Positions 8,841 through 18,045 are shown, counted from the stretch's first letter. The stretch: DNA of 32,000 nt from Promethearchaeota archaeon (GCA_030606485.1 JAUWGH010000003.1:390001-422000), one strand, 5' to 3'. A program made the numbers and translations. Notes: generated by a model not told the origin, from the sequence alone.

Positions 8841-11800
8841 ATGCTTCAAGGAGAAACCAAAGAGGTTTTATTAGAAAAAGCAAGGTTTGAAGAGAAAAGT
8901 TATAATTGGACGGAAGTTGCTAGGCTTTACGAACAGGTAGTGCAGGTTTATTTAGATAAAAAAGTTGTTGAGAAGGCTGCAGAGTGTTACAAAAAGATTG
9001 GATATGCTTATTCACGTGCTGCTAATAAATCCGATTCGGCAGAAGAATATTTGAAATTAAATAAAAATGCTGTTAAATCTTATAAAAAGGCTGCCGATAT
9101 CTATAAAGAGATCGATAAAAGTGTTGAAGTGTTAGAATGTGAAGCAGAAGCTTTATACTTCAATGGAATTATGGAGGATTCTCTTATAGGAGCATATAAT
9201 TCTCTCAGAAAATCTTATGAACTTTTTATTAAGGCAAGCGAGATTTATTCCAAGAAAAGTGATCAAGAAAGTTTTGCGAGAACTCTGAGCCGAGCAATTA
9301 CGTCTTTGAGTCTATTTTCATCTACTTTTTATGAACATGGTTATTTTAAGCAATTATTTCAAGAAGGAAAGGATTTATCAATTAAATCCTGGAATGCTTC
9401 AATGCAAATTAAAAATACTCAATACATAGCCGAAACTTTACGAGCTAATTTTCTTTTTTTAGGGAATTTAACATTTGTTATAGATTTTAAGTGGGATGAA
9501 AAGTTCAAGGAATGGTGTAATGAAGCTCTTTTAAGATGTGATAAAAGTTTAATGCTTATAGAGGAAAGTGATGATTATGGATTTCTTGGAATAATTTACT
9601 CTACTGTTGGTAGTTTCTATGGGTTCTATGGAGTTCAACTTATTGAAAATGAAATTAAGCAAAGGCAAAATATTAATAAAGGATTAAAATTGCTTGAAAA
9701 GGGTTTGGAATACGCAAGAAAAGCTGAAGACAAGCAAATAATACTTTGGTCAGTATTTTGGTTAGATTGGTGGGCTTGGCTTGGTGGTAGAGTTGATTAT
9801 CTTCAGAAGAGAATATTTGATGACCTTCAAATATATGAGAAAATATCTAAAATATATAAAAATTTATGCAATCCTTTTAATTGGATGGCTACTATTTTTC
9901 CTGCAATCTATTATACAAATTTTGCTCAGAGAAGCTTTTTTACTTCAGCTCAGAGGAAAAGATATGCTGAAAAAGGAATTAAATATGCTAATACATGCAT
10001 AAAAATTTCACCTCTTTCACCTTGGTCTGCATTAGCATATCAGATGTTGACTTGGATATATTCACAATTAACTACTCTTGCTAAAGAAAAGGATGAAAGG
10101 GATAAAAACGCTCAAAAGATGTTAGAATATGCTAAAAAAGCTGAAGAAATTGCTGAAAATTACGAAGGAGGATTAGCTAGATCTGCTCAATATTCATCTA
10201 TGTTCAGAGCCTATAAAACTCTTGCAGATAACGCCGAGAATAAGGAAGATAGAATTAAGATGTTATCGGTTGCTATAGAAGCCTCTAAGAAGTATATAGA
10301 ACATGCCATGGAGTCTCGGACTGGTATTATAACAGCCCAAATGCGGTTAGGTCTTCTCTATGAAGAACTTGGCATCCTAACTGTGGAAACAGACCCATTA
10401 ATGCAGGCAAGGGAGAGCTTCCTAAATGTAATTAAAGAAAGTCTTGAAAAGGGATACTATTCTTATGCAGCAGTTACTCACGAATATATTGCACATATAG
10501 AGGATCGACTAGGAAATCACTCAGCTTCTGCAAAACATTATGAGAAAGCCCAAGAAAGTCATACAAAATCGTTAAAAAACATCGAGTACGAACCATTAAA
10601 AGACAGAGTTAAGGACCAGATAAACTATACTCGTGCTTGGAATTTAATTGAACAAGCTAAAACACATCATAAAAGGGAAAACCACTTAAAAGCGAAGGAA
10701 TGTTACGAAAATTCATGTGAGATTCTAAAAGAACTACCTAGTTACAATTATGAAGCACTCTATTATACTGCATGGATTACTCAAGAGGAAGCAGAGCAAC
10801 TCAGCAAGCAAGAAAAGCACAAAGAAGCAATAGAGAGTTACGAAAAGACTAAAAATATCTTTAATGACGCTATGAAGATGCTGATAAAATCTGCCGACCA
10901 ATCTAAAGATAAAAATGAAAGAGGAAGAATCAAGAAACTCGAGAAAGTGGCTGAAATAAGAATGAATCATTGTTCCGCCAGAGCAGACCTTGAGAAAGCA
11001 AGAATTTTAGGAAAACAGGGAGAACATCTCGCAGCTGCAGAAAAATTTTCATCCGCAGCTTCCCAATTCAGAGATATTTGCACATTCTTCAAAATTAAGC
11101 GAGAACGAGAGGAATTAGAAGCTGTTTATTATCTTTGTAAAGCTTGGGAAAGCATGGAACTTGCGGAGAAATATGAGGACCCTGATAGGTTCGCAGAAGC
11201 GGCAAATCTATTTTCAAAAGCCAGTAAACTCTTTACCGAAAGCAAACTAAAGTTGCTGGCTTCGGGAAATTCCACCTTCTGTCAAGCAATGGAGCATGGT
11301 TGCAAGTTCGACGAGTCAATAGAAATGCAAATTAAAGCGCAATTATATCCAAAGATTAAATTGATACTTAGAAAAGCAGCAATATTATATGGAAAGGGTG
11401 GTTTTGAAAGTGGGGCTGATTGGGCTCTGGCAACATCAGCTTATTTTGATGCAGCGTGGCACTTAATTAGGGCAGACGAGGAATTAGAGCTTGACAAAAG
11501 GAGGGAACTACTAGGGATTGGATCTAAGTATTTGAGATCAGCCGCAGAACTTTTTAATAAAACTGGTTATAAAGATAAGGAAAAGGAAGTTCAAGAGCGT
11601 TTAGAAAGATTGGAGAAAGAAGAGAAGATTTTATTCTCAGCTTTAAGCACTATAAGAGAACCCTCTATCTCAAGAAGTACATTAGGCATCGTTGCCCCTG
11701 CTTGCCCAATAGAAACCAGCCAATCTCCAAGAATAAGCGAAGCACGACAGATCAACGAAGAATCAAGGAGAGTCATGGAAGAAATGGTGGCAAAAAAGAA

Positions 11801-12674
11801 ATACAACCTTATCTATAGAGATTTACTCAAAGAGTATCCTAAAATTCAAAGAAGAGAATGCAGAGTAGGCATCGCCCAAATTGGTTTATCTAATACAGGT
11901 GATATATTAAGTGAATTCTATGAAGAGAACACTTTAGGTCTCTTAGGTTTACGAGAGGATAAAGTTGAAAATGTTAGAAATTTGGTTAAAAACATGATTG
12001 AAATGGCTAATACAAAAGGAGTTAATATCCTACTTTTCCCAGAAATGACCATCGACCTCAATTACGGTGAATTCCTCGAAGATATTTCAAACCTTGCTAG
12101 AGTCTATGAGATGTATATAATTCCAGGATCATATCACGACCAAGAAACAAAGCGAAACCTCAGTGTGGTAATAGGACCAGACGGAATTCTCTGGGAACAA
12201 GAGAAGCATATCCCAGCCATTATACATCTTGAGGGGAAAAGATTCAAGGAAGGAATAGACGTGGGAGACATTCCTCGAAAAACCATCATCTGCAACACGG
12301 AGTTTGGAAGAATCGCAATCGTTATATGCCGAGACTTCCTTGATATGGATCTTAGGGTGGAATTAAAAAACTTTGAGCCACCAGTGGATATAATTCTCAA
12401 CCCAGCCTTCACGCCTGTCACAGCTGACTTCAAAGCAGCCCACTTTGATGCCCGTAGATCTATCTATGCTTACTGTTATTTCGCTAACGTTGCCGAATTT
12501 GGTGACTCTCTCATATACACGCCAGAAAAGGAACGCATTGAAAGAACAATACAACCAAAGAAAGTGGATTTAATCTATAAGGATATAGACCTCTTCAAAC
12601 TGCGTTCAGAACGCAAAAAATGGGAAAAAGAAAAAAGTAAAGAAAGAAGATTTATCCAAAGCACAAGAGAATAG
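8841..12674 (+). CDS. Large TPR/alpha-solenoid protein fused to a C-terminal carbon-nitrogen hydrolase (nitrilase-superfamily) domain
   Basis: About 950 aa of helical repeats rich in A/Y/K/E (e.g. KAAECYKKIG, SASAKHYEKA, LAAAEKFSSAA). From about residue 1008 there is a nitrilase fold with an intact triad: FPE (E1068), EQEKH (K1122), ICRDF (C1163). Confidence 0.85.
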   Translation: MLQGETKEVLLEKARFEEKSYNWTEVARLYEQVVQVYLDKKVVEKAAECYKKIGYAYSRAANKSDSAEEYLKLNKNAVKSYKKAADIYKEIDKSVEVLECEAEALYFNGIMEDSLIGAYNSLRKSYELFIKASEIYSKKSDQESFARTLSRAITSLSLFSSTFYEHGYFKQLFQEGKDLSIKSWNASMQIKNTQYIAETLRANFLFLGNLTFVIDFKWDEKFKEWCNEALLRCDKSLMLIEESDDYGFLGIIYSTVGSFYGFYGVQLIENEIKQRQNINKGLKLLEKGLEYARKAEDKQIILWSVFWLDWWAWLGGRVDYLQKRIFDDLQIYEKISKIYKNLCNPFNWMATIFPAIYYTNFAQRSFFTSAQRKRYAEKGIKYANTCIKISPLSPWSALAYQMLTWIYSQLTTLAKEKDERDKNAQKMLEYAKKAEEIAENYEGGLARSAQYSSMFRAYKTLADNAENKEDRIKMLSVAIEASKKYIEHAMESRTGIITAQMRLGLLYEELGILTVETDPLMQARESFLNVIKESLEKGYYSYAAVTHEYIAHIEDRLGNHSASAKHYEKAQESHTKSLKNIEYEPLKDRVKDQINYTRAWNLIEQAKTHHKRENHLKAKECYENSCEILKELPSYNYEALYYTAWITQEEAEQLSKQEKHKEAIESYEKTKNIFNDAMKMLIKSADQSKDKNERGRIKKLEKVAEIRMNHCSARADLEKARILGKQGEHLAAAEKFSSAASQFRDICTFFKIKREREELEAVYYLCKAWESMELAEKYEDPDRFAEAANLFSKASKLFTESKLKLLASGNSTFCQAMEHGCKFDESIEMQIKAQLYPKIKLILRKAAILYGKGGFESGADWALATSAYFDAAWHLIRADEELELDKRRELLGIGSKYLRSAAELFNKTGYKDKEKEVQERLERLEKEEKILFSALSTIREPSISRSTLGIVAPACPIETSQSPRISEARQINEESRRVMEEMVAKKKYNLIYRDLLKEYPKIQRRECRVGIAQIGLSNTGDILSEFYEENTLGLLGLREDKVENVRNLVKNMIEMANTKGVNILLFPEMTIDLNYGEFLEDISNLARVYEMYIIPGSYHDQETKRNLSVVIGPDGILWEQEKHIPAIIHLEGKRFKEGIDVGDIPRKTIICNTEFGRIAIVICRDFLDMDLRVELKNFEPPVDIILNPAFTPVTADFKAAHFDARRSIYAYCYFANVAEFGDSLIYTPEKERIERTIQPKKVDLIYKDIDLFKLRSERKKWEKEKSKERRFIQSTRE

Positions 12675-12745
12675 AATTCTTGAACACCTTATTCTAAAAA
12701 ATTATAAAAAATAGATAGAAAAAATAAGGGAAATTTAATTATTAT

Positions 12746-13579
12746 TTATTTTCCTTTCCATTTGGGTTTGGTTTTTTGGAGTTTTGCTAAAGCACCTATC
12801 GTAGCATCTTTTGTTTGGAGTAATTGGGAACTTACCAGAGTTTCTAATTCCAATCCAAAAGCCACATCCTTACCATAACAGTCATCAATTAATTTTTTTG
12901 CTAAACCCACTGCTAAAGGAGCGCTATCAATTAATTCATCTGTATATTGTTTAATTATTGAATCTAATTCTTCTGGAGTTTTTGCTACTCGATTTACGAC
13001 TCCTAAGCGATAAGCTTCATTTCCATCAAATTGTCTCCCTGTAAGAACAATATCTTTGGTATTTGGGATACCTATCAGCCGTGTGAGACGAATACTACCC
13101 CCTACATCAGGATTCATTCCAATCTTAGTTTCTAACATGCTAAATATCGCCGAGTCCATAGCAAATCGAAAATCACAGGCAAGAGCTAATTCAAAAGCCA
13201 TTCCAAAACAATATCCATTAATTTTTGCTATTGTGGGCTTTTCCATCTTTTCAATTTTCGTAAATAGTGGTTGAATCCAAGTATTTGCAAAATATCTGAA
13301 ATTTGCAGGTATTCTTAAGTTTGGAATAATTCCTTCTGGATCTGTTTCTTGACCAGTTAAAAATTTCAAATCAATTCCAGCGCTAAAAATATCTTCACCG
13401 CCAGTAATAATGACAACTCTAGTTTTAGAACGTTCAATTTTATCGATTGCTTTTTGAAGTTCTACCATTAAATCAAAATTCATTGCATTTTTTTTCGCTA
13501 AACGGTTCATTTTAATTGTAGTTATTGTTCCATCTTCATTTTCCTCTATTAATATAACATTTTCACTCACTTTTTTCAC
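12746..13579 (-). CDS. Enoyl-CoA hydratase/isomerase (crotonase) family protein
   Basis: FSAGIDL oxyanion motif, GMAFELALACD, MLETKIGMNPDVGG (both catalytic Glu plus PD-x-GG). GTG start. Confidence 0.92.
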   Translation of the reverse strand: MKKVSENVILIEENEDGTITTIKMNRLAKKNAMNFDLMVELQKAIDKIERSKTRVVIITGGEDIFSAGIDLKFLTGQETDPEGIIPNLRIPANFRYFANTWIQPLFTKIEKMEKPTIAKINGYCFGMAFELALACDFRFAMDSAIFSMLETKIGMNPDVGGSIRLTRLIGIPNTKDIVLTGRQFDGNEAYRLGVVNRVAKTPEELDSIIKQYTDELIDSAPLAVGLAKKLIDDCYGKDVAFGLELETLVSSQLLQTKDATIGALAKLQKTKPKWKGK

Positions 13580-13676
13580 CTTTAGATTTTAATTTATCAT
13601 AACATTATTTCTAATAATCAACGATTTATTTTGAATGTTATAAATTATTTAATAAAAAAAAATTTAAAATAATATC

Positions 13677-14495
13677 ATGAAGTTTAGTATTGTTTCCGGA
13701 TTAAATGAGTTAAATAGTTCTGAAAAACAAATTCTCGATCAATATTCCAAATTATGTGAATTGTTAAGTCCTTTAGGTTTTAAAGGAATTGAGTTAGCTA
13801 TTCTAAAGCCAGAAAAAATACCTGTAAAAGAAATAAAGGATATTTCAGATTCATACGAAATGGAGATTCCTGCTTTAGGTACGGGTTCTACTTTTTTAAG
13901 ATTTAGATACTCATTTGGCGATTTGGACTCTAATATTAGAGTTAAAGCTATAGACCGAATTAAAAAATATATTGAATTTTCTACGATTAGCAATTCTAAA
14001 GTGATAATTGGATTAATTAGAGGGCGATTTACATATAAAAATAACCCTGAAACCGAAAAAAGAAATATAATAGATTCACTCAAGAAGTGCTGTAGATTAG
14101 CTGAAGATAGCAATGTCGAATTGATCTTTGAGCCAATAAATCGTTTTGAAATTGATTCTTATAATACAATTAAGGATACATTGGAAATGATCGAAGAAAT
14201 TGGTTCAAAGAACCTCAAACTTATGGTTGATTCGTTTCATACCCATTTAGAAGAAGATCCTATAGCGATTTGGGATTATTTAGATTCTATTGCGAAAAAG
14301 GTTTCCCATCTTCATTTATCAGATGATACTCGCCGAGCTCCGGGCACAGGTCACTTCAATTTTAGGAGATTTCTAAATGTTTTTGAAAAAAATAATTATA
14401 AAGGTTTTGCCTCAGTGGAAACAATAATGAAACCGTCATTTGAAGATGTTGCCAAACAAACTATGACTTATATGAAATCTATCAATATATTATAA
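13677..14495 (+). CDS. iolO: Sugar phosphate isomerase/epimerase (TIM barrel), 5-keto-L-gluconate epimerase IolO-like
   Basis: ALGTG, VIIGLIRG, EPINRFE, DSFH, HLSD..R.APGTGH and SVE metal-binding motifs match Thermotoga IolO as recalled; iolM and iolN are nearby. Confidence 0.75.
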   Translation: MKFSIVSGLNELNSSEKQILDQYSKLCELLSPLGFKGIELAILKPEKIPVKEIKDISDSYEMEIPALGTGSTFLRFRYSFGDLDSNIRVKAIDRIKKYIEFSTISNSKVIIGLIRGRFTYKNNPETEKRNIIDSLKKCCRLAEDSNVELIFEPINRFEIDSYNTIKDTLEMIEEIGSKNLKLMVDSFHTHLEEDPIAIWDYLDSIAKKVSHLHLSDDTRRAPGTGHFNFRRFLNVFEKNNYKGFASVETIMKPSFEDVAKQTMTYMKSINIL

Positions 14496-14545
14496 ATATC
14501 AAATAATATTATCCTAATTTTATAAAAATCAATAGGTTATTTAAT

Positions 14546-15331
14546 ATGAGTAGTGAAAACAAACTTTTATATGAAGTTAAGCAAAATGTTGCGACAATCT
14601 CAATAAATCGACCAGAAAAGGCACATGCGTTTAATTTAGAACTTACGAAGGCGTTATATAATAAACTTGAAGAAGCAGATAAAGATGAATCAGTTAAATG
14701 TATATTAATAAAAAGTATAGGAAATGAAAAAATTTTCAGCGCTGGATATGATTTATCAATTATAGAAGATGAAAACAAAAAAGCAAAATTAATCGAATTT
14801 GGCAGAAAAGTGAATCAAAAGATGCTTCTTATGAAAAAACCAATAGTTACTCAAGTTCATGGAACTGCAGTGGGATTTGGATTTCTGTTAATTATGGGAT
14901 CAGATTTAAGGATATTTGCAGATAAACCAATTGAGAAAATGTTTTTTAGGTTGCCAGAAATTGCAATATCTGCCTATGCACAAACTGGAGCGACTCTCTT
15001 ACCTCTATTGGCGTTCGGATTGAGTTATGCGAAAAACCTTCTTTTCACTTCAGACAGAATTGGATTAGAAGACTTAAAAAATATCAATTTTCCAACTCGA
15101 ATTTTCCCCCCAGATAAATTAGAACTTGAAACAAGAAAATTTCTTAAAATTTTAACCAAGCATTTAACAACTTTTTTGTTCTTAATAAAATCTTCAATTA
15201 CATTAATGAATAAACAATTAATAGAAAAATGGTTTGATTTAGAAGATGCTTGCGGAAAAATTGCTTATGAGAAAAAGACACATGCCGAATTAGAAGCCTA
15301 CATTAGAGATTTATATAAAAAATATTCATAA
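14546..15331 (+). CDS. Enoyl-CoA hydratase/isomerase (crotonase) family protein, divergent
   Basis: INRPEKAHAF, FSAGYDL, KKPIVTQVHGTAVGFG, RLPE. The first catalytic Glu position is Leu (GFLLIMGSD). Confidence 0.85.
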   Translation: MSSENKLLYEVKQNVATISINRPEKAHAFNLELTKALYNKLEEADKDESVKCILIKSIGNEKIFSAGYDLSIIEDENKKAKLIEFGRKVNQKMLLMKKPIVTQVHGTAVGFGFLLIMGSDLRIFADKPIEKMFFRLPEIAISAYAQTGATLLPLLAFGLSYAKNLLFTSDRIGLEDLKNINFPTRIFPPDKLELETRKFLKILTKHLTTFLFLIKSSITLMNKQLIEKWFDLEDACGKIAYEKKTHAELEAYIRDLYKKYS

Positions 15332-15345
15332 TTTTTTCTTTTTTT
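15332..15345 (+). terminator. Poly-T terminator candidate
   Basis: TTTTTTCTTTTTTT immediately after the crotonase stop, between convergent genes. Confidence 0.5.
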
Positions 15346-15436
15346 GATGAAAAATTATTTTATATTGTATGAATGATTTTCCATCGTTAGATGCCTAAAT
15401 TAATATTTTTGGAGAAATGATTAAATTATTTTAGAC

Positions 15437-16366
15437 TTAAAGTAATTTCCAAAAAATTTTATGATCATATAATATTTTTTTTATCTTTTTCTTCGACTCT
15501 AGATTTTCTAATCGTAATAAAATTTCATCTTTATTAAAATTATTAGAAGAAAATGTGTCAAGAATTTGTTCTTGTCTCATAGGATGTCGCTCAATTATAG
15601 ATAATACTTCCTTTTCGAAATCTGAAGAGTAAAAACCGAATTTTCCGATTTCCGGAAAATTAATGTCGTAATATACCCCAAAAATTTCATTTAATAGTGA
15701 AATAATATTTTTGCCAGGAATTTTAACCCATTCTTCAACAGGAGGTCTTATTGGAACATTTATATCGATTCTGTCTGGCTTTATTAAATCAATTTTCTCT
15801 TTAATTTTTAATAATTCTTCTTTAGAATCATTAATTCCCTTCATTATCATTATTTCTATCCAAAACTTACCTTTGAAGTTTTTTTGAAAATCTATGAACC
15901 CTTGAATCATAGCATCAAATTTAATTGATGGGTGTGGTCGATTTATTCTAATAAACGATTTCTCATCTCCTGCATCTAAGCTAGGTAAAACAACATCGGC
16001 ATGCATAAGAATATTTCTAATCTCTAAGTCATATAATAAAGCACCGTTAGTGATTACGCAGACTGGCTTCTTAGAAAACTCTTTTACCTTTAAAATTAGT
16101 ACTCCCAAATCTCTATATAAAGTAGGTTCACCGCTTCCTACAAATGTAATGTAATCTATATTGTTTTCATTTTGTTTAATAGCAGTTTTCATTTCTGCAA
16201 TGATTTCATTTTTTGGAACGTAATTCTTTCGTTCATTGGTAAAATTAGTGGTTCTTCCTAATTGACAATAAATACATTGATAGTTGCAAGTTTTTGAAGG
16301 GAGGGGATCAATTCCCAATGAACTTCCTAATCTCCTGCTGGGAACAGGTCCATATACATACTTCAT
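15437..16366 (-). CDS. Radical SAM protein (COG0731-type, YGPVPSRRLG family)
   Basis: YGPVPSRRLGSSLGID N-terminus, CNYQCIYC cluster motif, GSGEPT, ITNG, PSLDAG. Confidence 0.9.
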   Translation of the reverse strand: MKYVYGPVPSRRLGSSLGIDPLPSKTCNYQCIYCQLGRTTNFTNERKNYVPKNEIIAEMKTAIKQNENNIDYITFVGSGEPTLYRDLGVLILKVKEFSKKPVCVITNGALLYDLEIRNILMHADVVLPSLDAGDEKSFIRINRPHPSIKFDAMIQGFIDFQKNFKGKFWIEIMIMKGINDSKEELLKIKEKIDLIKPDRIDINVPIRPPVEEWVKIPGKNIISLLNEIFGVYYDINFPEIGKFGFYSSDFEKEVLSIIERHPMRQEQILDTFSSNNFNKDEILLRLENLESKKKIKKILYDHKIFWKLL

Positions 16367-16496
16367 TGATATAATCTTTAAAATATATTCTTTAAAATAA
16401 ATTTACGATCATTACAAAATATATTTAAATATGTTTTCTTTACTTGAAAAATGATGCTTTTCTCTTTTTGGCAATTCCATTACATTCACTTTTCTT

Positions 16497-16985
16497 TTAA
16501 TCCTCATTCTTTTTATATTTATGAATTGCACGTTTTAGAGTTCTTACTGCCAATTCTGTGCAATGCTTATGATCTACTGGTAATCCTTTCAAAGCTTTAT
16601 CAATATCTTCAGGACTTAGCTTTTCTGTATAATCTATAGGTTTTCCCTCAATAAGAAGCATTGTTTGGCTTGCTGTTGCAATACAAGCTTTGCATCCATC
16701 TGAAATAAAATTTGCTTTCTCGATTATATTATCTTTAATTTTTAAAAAGAATTGCATTGTATCTCCGCATGGACCTGTATAAGATTGCGAAACTGATATT
16801 TTTTTATCTGGAAGCTTGCCCCAATTTCTTGGGTTTTGAGATAAATCAACAATATACTCATTATATACTTCTATTTCTTTTTTTATAATTTCTTTTTGAA
16901 GCTTATCTATATGTTTATCAAAACTATCTTTAGCCATTTTCTTTTTACTAATTCTTAAATTTAATTTTTTATCTTCATTTTTCAA
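16497..16985 (-). CDS. IscU/NifU-type Fe-S cluster scaffold protein
   Basis: PRNWG, GPCGD, DGC..C and HKHC motifs (three scaffold Cys). Overlaps the mrp stop by 11 nt. Confidence 0.85.
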   Translation of the reverse strand: MKNEDKKLNLRISKKKMAKDSFDKHIDKLQKEIIKKEIEVYNEYIVDLSQNPRNWGKLPDKKISVSQSYTGPCGDTMQFFLKIKDNIIEKANFISDGCKACIATASQTMLLIEGKPIDYTEKLSPEDIDKALKGLPVDHKHCTELAVRTLKRAIHKYKKNED

Positions 16986-17781
16986 TAATTTTTCGAATTT
17001 TATTTACAGTAGCTTTAAAAGCTTTTCCACTTTCAGAATTAGGATATTTTAAAGTAAAAGGTAATCCTTGATCGCCTTGCTGACCTATTTCTGTTTCGAA
17101 AGGAATTTTACCTAGCAATCTGATCCCAAAATCTTTTACAGCTTTTTCTGCGCCTCCACTTCCAAAAATTTCTATAAACTCACCGCATTTTGGACACTTA
17201 AATCCTGACATATTTTCGATAATTCCAAGAACGTTTCTTTTCATTATTTGAGTCATTTTAATCGTTTTTCGAGCATCCATTAACGCCACCTCTTGCGGAG
17301 TTGTTACCACAATTACATTCTCATCTGGAATCAATTGTAAAATATCTAAAATTTCGTCAGAAGTTCCCGGCGGCAAATCACAAACTAAATAATCGAGTTC
17401 ACCCCATATAGCATCTCCTAAAAATTGTCTTAGTGCAATCATTTTCATAGGTCCCCTCCAAATAACTGGTTCATCTGGATTCTGAGTTAGAAAAGCCATA
17501 CTTAAAACTTTTAAGTTTAAAGGTCCATCAATGGGATAAAATTTATTAGATCCTGGATCGATTCTTGGTTTTAATTCTGGATTTATACCTAACATCTTTG
17601 CCACATTAGGACCAGTAATGTCGACATCTAATATTCCTACTCTTAACCCTACGCTAGCTAAACTGATCGCAAGATTAACAGCAACTGTGGTTTTTCCTAC
17701 ACCTCCCTTTCCAGAAATGATGACGATCTTATACTTTATCATTTCCATATTTTCTTTAATATTTATTAATCTCTCATCCAT
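16975..17781 (-). CDS. mrp: Mrp/NBP35 (ApbC) Fe-S cluster carrier ATPase
   Basis: SGKGGVGKTT, DVDITGP, WRGP, DYLVCDLPPGTSD, VTTPQ, ENMS and CPKC motifs. The true start may be upstream (see findings). Confidence 0.93.
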   Translation of the reverse strand: MDERLINIKENMEMIKYKIVIISGKGGVGKTTVAVNLAISLASVGLRVGILDVDITGPNVAKMLGINPELKPRIDPGSNKFYPIDGPLNLKVLSMAFLTQNPDEPVIWRGPMKMIALRQFLGDAIWGELDYLVCDLPPGTSDEILDILQLIPDENVIVVTTPQEVALMDARKTIKMTQIMKRNVLGIIENMSGFKCPKCGEFIEIFGSGGAEKAVKDFGIRLLGKIPFETEIGQQGDQGLPFTLKYPNSESGKAFKATVNKIRKIIEK

Positions 17782-17849
17782 TGCCTTTCTTTTTTGGTCA
17801 ATTTGTTCTTGTGTAATCTCCTCTCATCTTTTTATGATTTTATTAATTT

Positions 17850-17857
17850 TTTTTATA
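17850..17857 (-). promoter_or_regulatory. TATA-box candidate for the mrp-iscU-radical SAM unit
   Basis: TATAAAAA on the - strand, 23-30 nt upstream of an ATG at 17827. Confidence 0.45.
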
Positions 17858-17869
17858 GGCTTTAAGTTG

Positions 17870-17883
17870 TGAATAATTATTCA
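17870..17883. promoter_or_regulatory. Perfect 14-bp palindrome TGAATAATTATTCA (operator candidate, copy 1)
   Basis: Directly read. An identical copy starts at 18049. Confidence 0.65.
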
Positions 17884-18045
17884 TTTCTTTTAATGATATC
17901 CCTTTCATTTTATAAATATGTTGTGAATCATTTTAAATGCCTATTGAATTGAAATATGAACAGAGACTAATTTAAGGTTAAAAACTTATCTAAAATTCTT
18001 AGTTTTTCAAAAAAGTTATAAAATATAATAAATAGATCAAATATT

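Noticed and set aside
8578-12745. TPR-nitrilase gene as part of a DRT system or a mobile element
   Set aside because: No reverse transcriptase, integrase or transposase in the window. Flank similarities are only low-complexity AT sequence, with no convincing terminal repeats or target-site duplication.
16416-16437. Near-palindrome AAAATATATTTAAATATGTTTT upstream of the radical SAM gene
   Set aside because: Nearly pure A/T, expected by chance in this background, and unrelated to the TGAATAATTATTCA motif.
17824-17826. In-frame TGA upstream of mrp as a selenocysteine codon
   Set aside because: No in-frame start between it and the next upstream stop (17881-17883), and the position is not a conserved Cys site.
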